DNA of 64,000 nucleotides from Macrostomum lignano (Eukaryota): NCBI GenBank assembly GCA_002269645.1, contig NIVC01002506.1, positions 62,001 to 126,000 of the forward strand, read 5' to 3'. Shown piece by piece: positions 10,467 to 19,100 of this stretch (position 1 is its first letter; each line of letters starts with the position of its first letter). The notes under the pieces were generated by a model. It saw only the letters and a program-made list of their open reading frames with translations, ran no database searches and was not told where the DNA came from. The position numbers and the translations under genes were made by a program.

Positions 10467-11920
10467 AACAATCGTGCCATCAGCTTTAGCAATTGACATA
10501 TATTCCTCTAGAAACAATACGTGGGCGTCAAGTGCCTGATTACCGGTTTTATTAATCTCTAACATATAATTAAGTCCAATATTGGCTACGTTTTCTTTCT
10601 GTGCCGTTAGATCATAAACAACCACTGGATGAATGTTTAGAAACTCTGTGGGTGTGTACTGAGGGACGGCATACGCTTCATTTTTGGCATAATCTTGATA
10701 ATATTTTATAAAATCATTAACATTATTATTTGCTATATTTAAATTTAGGGGGTCTTTAACCGGATAATATTGATCATCAACCTGCAGGCGGATATTCTGA
10801 ACATTAAACTCGTTAATTGCAGCAACTGCGTTGTCTGTTGCGGTAGCTGCTTGTGCTGCTATGTCACCGATTGAAGCCAATATAAATCCCCATTTGCTCT
10901 TTTACTCCTTCTATTTGTTATCTTAAACCAAACAAAAATATATCTCACCCGACGTTTTGATGTCAGTATTTGCCACTGGAATGAATCCTGGTTATTATTA
11001 ATGGTTCGCATAAAAAGTCGACGATTCAAATAAAATATTTCCTGATCATGCGTTAACTGATTATCGATGTGTTTTAAAAGTGGGGCTGTTACCTCAATAG
11101 TTGGTACGACTAATTGAATTGAATCTATACGAACTGCTATATCGGTTGAAATTGAGGTTCCATAAAGTATCCTAGGCTGATATCCACCAGATATTTGCAA
11201 CTGTATCCCAAATTTTAATCCTTTCCATACCCGATTTGGTGAGAAGAACCCAAATAGCGGGAAGATTGAAAAGTCCTGCTCATATGCGGTTGCTGTGGTT
11301 AAAACCGCTACTGGGAATTTAGTCTGACGATCTATAAAACCAGTATTAATATCTTTTGTATTAGTCATAGTGGTTACAACTGGAACTATATTGGTATTAA
11401 GGTAAACAATTAGAGCTGCAGTATCTGCACCGGCTGCGTTTTGTACATTAGGGAAAACTACTGCTTGACCGTTACCTTTATCCGGCATCCACCCAACATT
11501 ATCACCAACTTGTTTTGATAAATAAGTATAATTTAAATGTTTCAAAACTCCATTAATCTCTGCGGGGTTTGATGATGTCTCAACCTCAGCACCATTAACA
11601 GTTAGTTGAGCTTGGGAAAAACATTTATAAAACCAATCATTTTCTATTATTATTCCGGATCGATCTGCGATATCTCCGGCTGCAAGAGCAGTTCCATCAT
11701 TTCTAGTATACAACCATCTAACACGGAAAAATGCATTTTTCATATCCAATATAGTGTTGGTTGCGCCGATGTCAAAAGTTACCGTTCCAGTAGTAAAGTT
11801 ATTTGAATTATCACTTGTTGGTAGGGTATAATTTAAATCTCTTGCTCTGACCTCATTAATATACTGTCGGTGCTTTTTGAAATGAAATTTATCACTCCAC
11901 ATAGTTTTTGTTTCAGCCAT
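10449..11920 (-). pseudogene. Major capsid protein (double jelly roll), frameshifted near 10880-10920
   Basis: FSQAQLTVNGAEVE, RVRYIFVWF, VQNIRLQVDDQYYP, HPVVVYDLTAQ. Two adjacent ORFs total about 490 aa. Confidence 0.88.
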
Positions 11921-11954
11921 TTTTTTAAGTTAAAAAAGTTTTTTATGTTAAAAA

Positions 11955-12626
11955 ATGAGTCAATTTATGGACGTTGATGGAGAGTTAGCGATTTATAAAG
12001 AGAAGCAAAGATATTCTGATTTTGTTAGAAATTTACAAAAAAGAAAGTTAGGAATACAATTAGCTGGCGAAAGATTTGCTGCTCCTTTTGTTAATCCTAT
12101 TACTGGGAAAATTAGTGAACTAGAAAAAACAGATAAAGATCTTCTGGAAAAAATTGCTAAAAATACTGAGCCAAAAGAGGATGAACTTTTAGATGAGCCG
12201 CCTGCTTATGATGTTGATCAAGCGCAATTGAGAATTGCAGAGATTAGACGTGCAGAGCGGGGCGATCGGGAACAATATCCAAGAGTACCAGCTAGTATTG
12301 CTGCGACAGATTTAGGTAATAATAATTATCGAATTGGTGGAGTTGATAAAAATCGAAATGAACTATATAGAGAATTGGGTGGAGCATATAATATTGTTAT
12401 GAACCCTAGGGTAAAGTTTAACCCTGATTTATATACTAGGGATGAATTAATAAGTGCTAGAATTTTTTATGATGAGTTAGGAGGAGCTGTTAAAAATACC
12501 AGCTTGTATAAAAGGATTGTTAATTCTATAAATAACAAACCGGCTGTTGGTGATGGATTTAAAACACCACGAAAACTTGTTTTAGCTGCTGCGAAAGCTG
12601 CTGGACATACAGGAATCGCCCCGTAG
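11955..12626 (+). CDS. Hypothetical Polinton protein
   Basis: 223-aa ORF, TAAAAAATG start context, divergent from MCP. Confidence 0.75.
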   Translation: MSQFMDVDGELAIYKEKQRYSDFVRNLQKRKLGIQLAGERFAAPFVNPITGKISELEKTDKDLLEKIAKNTEPKEDELLDEPPAYDVDQAQLRIAEIRRAERGDREQYPRVPASIAATDLGNNNYRIGGVDKNRNELYRELGGAYNIVMNPRVKFNPDLYTRDELISARIFYDELGGAVKNTSLYKRIVNSINNKPAVGDGFKTPRKLVLAAAKAAGHTGIAP

Positions 12627-12647
12627 GGTCGCGAACCAAAGGTTCGA
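12616..12647. repeat. GC-rich double mini-hairpin
   Basis: CGCCCC-GTA-GGGTCG and CGAACC-AAA-GGTTCG. Stop TAG 12624-12626 overlaps the first loop. Confidence 0.85.
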
Positions 12648-12678
12648 TTAATTAATTGTTAAATTTATTTTTTATAAA

Positions 12679-13248
12679 ATGGATGAAACAAAAATTTGTA
12701 CTACGTGTAAAATTGAGAAACCGATGACTAAAGAATTTTTTTGTTGGAGAAATGACACAAAAAAATTTAAAAATCTTTGTCGATCTTGTGAGAAAGTTAA
12801 ATGTACTATGTGGAGAATAAACAATAAAGATAAATGTAATAAATATGCAAAAAATAAATATCGCACTGATGAAAATTTCAAAAATATTAGTCTAATTAGA
12901 GCTAAAATAACTTGGGCATTGAGAACTTTTCATGACAAACATTATATCTCCTATCTTGGTTGCACAAAAGAATTCTTTTTTGATTGGTTAAATTTCACAA
13001 GAAATTATTATGTTCCAAAAAATTATACTGGAAAGTTAGATATTGATCATTTCATTCCCGCTTCTTCATTTAATTACAAAGACGATGATCAGATTAAAAA
13101 GTCTGAAAATTGGAGAAATAAAAGATACTTAACTAGCGTAGATAATAACTATAAAAAAGTTAAACAACCAACAATTGAAGAATTTGCGAAACAATTGGTG
13201 CTATCATGTATTTTTAAGGCTATTAAAAATGAACCAAATAGTGTTTGA
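12679..13248 (+). CDS. Free-standing HNH (endonuclease VII-like, NCLDV-type) endonuclease with N-terminal zinc finger
   Basis: CTTC...CRSC, YLGCT, LDIDHFIPASSF...NWRN.RYL...DN. The pattern resembles giant-virus HNH endonucleases. Confidence 0.8.
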   Translation: MDETKICTTCKIEKPMTKEFFCWRNDTKKFKNLCRSCEKVKCTMWRINNKDKCNKYAKNKYRTDENFKNISLIRAKITWALRTFHDKHYISYLGCTKEFFFDWLNFTRNYYVPKNYTGKLDIDHFIPASSFNYKDDDQIKKSENWRNKRYLTSVDNNYKKVKQPTIEEFAKQLVLSCIFKAIKNEPNSV

Positions 13249-14806
13249 AGGAGGATTTTTAGACTTACAAAAAGGATTAACGAGCTTACCACCAATCTTT
13301 ACTACTGGTAAATATACAGGGGAACTACACCTACCATCAATGAACTTCACAGGTTAACCCGTGGCCTGAGTGAGGAAGGCAATGTCCTTGCTAGTCACTA
13401 TTTGTGGCGACATCTCCAAATTGCGTGAAACCCGTCATACAGCTTCAAGTACCACTTCAAGTGAGAAATCTTTTGAAGGAACAGAGGTAACTCCTCTTCC
13501 CAAAGGTAAAAAGCTTGAAGACACGGTGGCAATGCGCAGCCAAGCTCCTAAGTATTTTAAATATAAGGAGAAGGTTCAGAGAGCAGACGGAGATGGGCGG
13601 TAATTATCGCCGCTTAAGGTGTGCTCCAGCCTCATTCGAAAGATTGAGGGTAAACAGCCGGGGACTAGACTGGATTTAAGATTAAATCCTGACAATACTC
13701 CAAAATCTGATTCAATTCCAATAAATGGGATTGATTGGTTAGCATACTATCACGACTTAGCATATAGAGATGCTGACAAGAACCCGCCCGAGGAAGCATT
13801 AAGATTAAAACATGAAGCCGATCAAAAAATGATTCAAGGATTAGATAACTTGCAGGGATTATCGGTAGGTCAAAAATTAACTAGGTGGATGGTTAAAAAG
13901 ATCTTGCAGTCTAAAGTTAAATTTGGTTTGGGAATTAATTATAATCAACATGGAAATAATTGTGTTGAGTGTTTACTATTAAGTGGCGGTGGGTTAAGTT
14001 CTGATGAGGCAAAGATTCTTCATAAAGAATATCGAAAACCTAAATTTTATAGAAAAATCATGAACTTCAAAAAGAATGAAATTTGGTATTCTGATTTAAT
14101 GTCGATGCCGAAAGATCTGGGATATAAATATATCTTAACCATATTAGATGGTTTTACTCGATACGCGTGGGCTGTTCCTTTAAAATCCAAAAAGGGAGAG
14201 GAGGTTGCTGCTGCTTTTAGAAGTCTTGGAGAAAAAAGCGAAAGATTGTGTGTTGATGAAGGAAAAGAATTTTACAATCCTCATATGTATAAATTGTATC
14301 ATTTTGAAAAAGGAAAAGAAAGGAAAAAAGACGCGAATGGGGAGTATATTAATAAAATTTATTCTATTTATGGAGAGAGTAAAAACGCATTAATAGAAAG
14401 ATTTAATCGAACTTTAGGTAAGAACTTATGGTTTCAGTTTAGTCTTAATGGAAACCAAAAGTGGGTAAAAATATTACCAGACGTTGTAAAAGATTATAAC
14501 AATTCATATCATTCGGCGATAAAGATGACTCCTCAACAAGCTTATAACAATCCTGAAAAAGTTAAAGTTACTTTTGGAAAATTTGAAAAAAATAAAAAGA
14601 AATCTTTTAAGGTTGGTGATTCTGTTTATATCTATAAATGGAAAGATAAGTTTGAAAAAGGAAGAAAAGGATATTGGAAGATAAGTGAGAAATTTACTAT
14701 CAGTAAAGTTTTAAATACCAATCCTACAACCTATATAATTGCTGATAAGGACGGTGAAGAAATATTGGGTTCTTTTTATGAGAACCAGATAATGTCTGCG
14801 AACTAA
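13229..14806 (+). CDS. int: Parvovirus-type PLA2-like domain fused to retroviral-type integrase; exons 13229-13354 and 13658-14806, about 424 aa
   Basis: Joined exons give ELHLPSMNFTGPGTRLDLRL, then YYHDLAY...ADQKM (PLA2). Integrase triad WYSDL, CVDEGKEF, IERFNRTL, plus the typical C-terminal FKVGD domain. Confidence 0.92.
13355..13657 (+). ncRNA. Group I self-splicing intron (IC-like, with P5abc), no internal endonuclease ORF
   Basis: 5' exon ends in U, intron ends in G. P AAATTGCGTGAAA 13418-30, Q AATGCGCAGC 13531-40, R GTTCAGAGAGCAGA 13574-87, S AAGGTGTGCTCC 13616-27. P3 CATCTCC/GGAGATG, P7 GAGAGCA/TGCTCC, P8 and P9 (GAAA loop) hairpins, P1 with U.G pair. Confidence 0.93.
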
Positions 14807-14816
14807 GTTCAAACAG

Positions 14817-15041
14817 TTACTTAAGACAACATGGTAGTAAATTTTTTATTACAAACAAAAACAATATTATTACTATAATTGTTACTAATATTATTATTGA
14901 CATTTGTTCAACTGTTATCAAACTTAAATTTTCATTAAGTTCATTAATTGGAACATTTCCGATGTAGGAATAGTTTACCTTCATTTTTTTATATATATTT
15001 TTCACAATAAATGTCGTTTCTGTTATAGAATAATAGTTCAT
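14817..15041 (-). CDS. Small single-pass membrane protein
   Basis: 74 aa, hydrophobic IIILVTIIVIILFLFVI followed by KNLLPCCLK; TAAAAAATG start. Confidence 0.6.
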   Translation of the reverse strand: MNYYSITETTFIVKNIYKKMKVNYSYIGNVPINELNENLSLITVEQMSIIILVTIIVIILFLFVIKNLLPCCLK

Positions 15042-15057
15042 TTTTTAAATATTTTTT

Positions 15058-15372
15058 TCACATAAAAATTTCACTTTCATTCTCTGAATCACTGGTTTCA
15101 TATGAACTATTTGTTGATTCGGAATCTGTTGATCTAACCTCCCAATCATCCGAATTTAAATAATCTCCAAGTTGAAATATTAACTCACCCTCTTGTTCTA
15201 AATCATACATCTCATCTAGCTCTAATGGATAAAGTTTTAGGTCGTGCTTGTCGTCATATTTTAAATAAACTTCATCAATTATTCCATTCAAAATATGTTG
15301 TTTTATTATCTCTGCATTTTTAGCAACAGTCTCAAAAGTATCACTAACAGAAAAGGTGTAAACTCGGTTCAT
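15058..15372 (-). CDS. Small acidic hypothetical protein
   Basis: 104 aa with a Ser/Glu/Asp-rich tail; TATAAAAAATG start. Confidence 0.65.
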   Translation of the reverse strand: MNRVYTFSVSDTFETVAKNAEIIKQHILNGIIDEVYLKYDDKHDLKLYPLELDEMYDLEQEGELIFQLGDYLNSDDWEVRSTDSESTNSSYETSDSENESEIFM

Positions 15373-15389
15373 TTTTTATAACAGAAAAA

Positions 15390-15420
15390 GACCCTTCGCG
15401 CCTGCGGCGCGTGCGACGGG
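15390..15420. repeat. GC-rich mini-hairpin at the start of the terminal region
   Basis: CGCGCC-TGC-GGCGCG. Confidence 0.7.
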
Positions 15421-15462
15421 TTCTAGAAAGTTTGTGTGTGTTGGAGAGAGTTGGAAGCGTTG

Positions 15463-15997
15463 ACGATACAAAATACCCAGCAAACCAAAGCGAACGACGA
15501 GAGCGTGTTCTCACCATTCAAAAAGAATTAATCGTTGTAAGTGTGAAATGGCCTGTTTGACCGAAATGAAGCGAGGATGAGCGAAGCGAGTTGAGCGAAG
15601 TGAAGACGAGCGAAAATGAAGGGAAACAGGCCATTTCACACTGATAAAGGGTTAAATTGTTTGCAATGGTGAGAATGGTTTGCTGGGTATTTTGTATCGT
15701 ATATACTACTAGTGTTGGGTAGAGTTGGAACTGTTGGAAGTGTTGGGTACGGTACAAAATTGCCAGCAAACCAAAGCGAACGACGAGAGCGTATTCTCAT
15801 AATTCAATGGGAATTAATCGTTGTAAGTGTGAAATGGGGAGATTGACCGAAATGAAGCGAGGATGAGCGAAGCGAGTTGAGCGAAGTGAAGACGAGCGAT
15901 AATAAAGGGAAAACGAGTCATTTCACACTGATAAAGGGTTAAATCGTTTGAATTATGAGAACGGTTTGCTGGCAATTTTGTACCGTATATTACTACT
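15463..15997. repeat. Two tandem ~286-bp terminal units, each a nested foldback ending in ACTACT
   Basis: Perfect 24-bp arms 15463-86/15677-700 and 15749-72/15963-86, an 18-bp inner arm in unit 1, and purine-rich GAGCGAAG loops. Confidence 0.9.
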
Positions 15998-16171
15998 CCC
16001 TCAAACTCAGAGACAGTCCTTAACTCACATACAGCCCCCAGATCAGGGTAAACCAATCAATCCCTCATGTAACGACAGTTCTCTAAACCAGATAGTTTTG
16101 AAAAGAACAAAAAACTACAACATCGTCTCAAAATGTGCTCATTTTTAATCAATTATGTCAGTTGGGCTCCG

Positions 16172-19100
16172 ATGAGTCTCCAACTGCCGTACCTGGGCGG
16201 ACCTGCCTCCTTGGGCTGCCTGTACGATGTCCGAACCGATCAGTACATCTCCGGAACCAAGCTGTGGTCGCCTGAAACGATGGAAAAAATGACAAGCATT
16301 CGACCGGCTGTGAGTCAAACGATGAGCATTCAGTCCGAGTCGAGTTTCTCCAAAAAGGCCAGCAGATTGGAAATGGGCGCGTCATTGAAGCTCAGCTTCC
16401 TGAGTGGCATGATTCAGGTTGAGGGGGCCGGGCGCTACCTGAGTGACTCGAAGACCAGCATCAACTCGAAGATGCTGACCTTCGAATGCTGCATCATGAC
16501 AGAATTTAGAGAGCTGAATGTGGGATCAAGCATAGAGTTTCCAAAGTTCCTTGATGACGGAGCAGCAACTCACGTTGTGACTGCAATCCATTTCGGTGCC
16601 AGGGCCTTCCTGGTGTTCGAGAGAGAGCTGCGAGAGTCAGAAGACAAGTCGAAAGTGTCTGGCGAGTTCCAGGTAGTAGTTTCAAAGTTCAAAGCTTTAT
16701 TTGAAGCTCCGGGAAAACTCAAGGCCGAATTCGACTCTCAGGAACTTCACACGTTTGATAAGATCAAATGCCGCTACTATGGCGAGTTCCAGCTGGAGCC
16801 GCCGCCCCTCAGCCTCAAGGAAGCCATCGGCTGCATCAAGAGCTTCAGTAGCGAGAACGCCAAGTCGCCGATAACCGTGTATCTGACTCCTCTGAGCCAG
16901 CTGGGGGGAAAACCCCAAGACATGATGAACAAAATCAACGATGAGTATCGAAATGAGGCCGTAGACTACTGTCAGGTGCTTTGTGACGTCGTCATTGCTG
17001 CTGAGAACAGGCTCAAGTTGCTGGAAAATACACCGTGGCACGTGCAACGCAAGCAGCTACAGCAGTTTCTGCGCCTTGTTGAAACTCACAAGACACGGTT
17101 CACTCAGAAGCTCGCTAGCATACTGCCTGGCATTCGCGAAACGGGCGGCTCAGGTGATGAGTTGTCACAAATTCTAATAAACTTCAGAGACCAATCCCCC
17201 TTCGATTCTCAGCGGCTAGAGACCTGGATAAAGAACAAGGAGAGAGAGTGTCGGGCCTTGCAGCTTTTTGGGGACTCATTAACGAGATCCGGAGCCAAGA
17301 TGCTGACTGATCTCAGCGAACTCGACAAGTTCGGCATGGAGGATGGAAAACGAATCCTGGTTGAGTTCTTGCTGCCAGAATCTGCGTTTGTGCAGAAGTG
17401 CACCGCATTTTGCAATGGTGACACAACGGCTGCTGGAGAAGATCCAGAAGCGGTGTGGATCGAGAAAGAAGAATACATCAGCACAAAAAGTGAGCTGTCC
17501 GTTGTACTGAATTTCCTCAGATTGAACCCGACTCTGCAATCTGCATTCAACTGCAGGGTTCAGACACAACAATCTTCCTCGATCGGGCTGCAAGTAAAGC
17601 AGCTGAAAAGTCACAATTGGGTTCCGGTTAAGATTCCGGTTCCACCAACTGGATTCCAGTGTGTTCGCTCGGGACCGAGGGAAGCCGTTTTTACGTGGGA
17701 GAATTCTGAAAGGAATTCGGATTTCAAAGTGACGGCATTCAAGTCAGGCGAACAGAGAGCTGAGAAGCACCAGAGCGAATTGACCAAATCTAACCAGGTG
17801 GAGCTGCTCGGTCTCGACCCAGGCACTGAGTACGAAGCTCGCGTGGTAGCGGCTGCGGATTTTGGCGAATCTGAACCCTCGAAGTCTGTCAACTTTTCTA
17901 CTGGTCCTGAATTGTCTTCGGAATACGTAAATAAGTACGTGTGCCTTAAAGATTGTAACTCAAAGACATTCTCCAACCAAGGAAGCCTCCAAACCATAGA
18001 CAGCCTCCAACTCAATGGCAGTCCCCAACTCAGAGACAGCCTTTTATTCATGTGCTCTGCCTGATCCGCTGCATGGGCCATTTGGCTTACATTTTTTTCT
18101 GTGTTGATTGCTTCTTGACCTTGACATGACATCATGAAATTCACTCAAAAATACGAAAATGAAAAACCACTTCTTGCTCACCCATTTCGTTTCGCTTGAC
18201 TTTGTTCGTTACAATATAAATTGGCATTGCATTGACCATTGAAAAAATCGAAAAAATGCACATGCTTCTCACTTCAGGTCACCGGTCAACGTCAAGGTCG
18301 GGTCAAGCCAGGAAGTCAAGCCCAATTCTGAGGGTAAAATAAAAGATGAATTGATGCTTTCTTCACGGAAGCTCAACGATGCAGAGCCAGTTGAGTACGA
18401 ATTGCAAATGGACGAGACGGTATCCGATGAGAAAAACCAGGTTCGGAAAATGGAGCTCGGTCGCAAAGATCCAACTTCAGATGTTGTGGAGAAGGTGATC
18501 TTGTTCGTAGGTGAAACTGGGTCGGGTAAAACAACGCTGATTAATTCAATGTTCAACTACATCATTGGGGTGAATTTCGAAGACAAATTTCGCTTCAGGA
18601 TTATCACCGATCCCAAGGAGAAAAGCCTGCAGAAGTCTCAGTCGAAAAGCCAGACGCAGTGGGTCACCGCCTATACATTTCATTACCGCGAGGGCTGCCA
18701 GCAGCCATTCACTCTGACGCTGGTGGACACTCCTGGGTTCGGTGACACTGGCGGCATCGTGAACGACAAGAAGATTGTAGATCGAATTCGGGAGTTCTTT
18801 TCTTCTCCAGCTGGCATCGATCATCTGGACGCTGTGGGTTTCGTGGTGCCGTCTAGTGTCGCCAGGCTGACACCGACCCAGCGATACGTCTTTGACTCGA
18901 TTCTTTCCCTGTTTGGGAAGGACATTGGCGATAACATCTTTGTCATGATCACTTTCGCCGACGGTAACGTTCCTCCGGTACTGGAGTCGCTCAAAGAAGC
19001 GGAGATCGTGTACAAGTGTCCCACCAAGTTCAACAATTCGGCTGTGTTTGCTAAAAGCCATGAACTGGATTCCATGAGCCAGATGTTCAACAAGATGTTC

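Larger units (their letters stand above)
1..15997. mobile_element. Polinton/Maverick (adintovirus-like) endogenous dsDNA virus, left end outside window
   Basis: Co-located pPolB, retroviral-type integrase, A32 ATPase, adenain protease, major and minor capsid genes. Intron-poor AT-rich gene packing. Ends in TACTACT at 15991-15997, matching the typical Polinton AGT...ACT termini. TSD cannot be checked. Confidence 0.95.

Noticed and set aside
13370-13603. 77-aa ORF inside the intron as a homing endonuclease
   Set aside because: Too short, has no nuclease motif, and overlaps the catalytic core.
13353-13657. Spliceosomal GT-AG intron (ACAG|GTTAAC...AAACAG|CCG)
   Set aside because: Removing 305 nt gives ACA GCC GGG GAC TAG, a frameshift and stop. 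Only the group I boundaries (303 nt) restore GPGT.
13353-13657. piggyBac-like MITE (TTAA-CCC...GGG-TAAA)
   Set aside because: TTAA is not duplicated, excision would not restore the motif, and the interior is fully explained by the ribozyme core.
15463-15986. Adenovirus VA-RNA-like genes
   Set aside because: No convincing internal A/B boxes; the position and ACTACT ends fit terminal DNA structures better.
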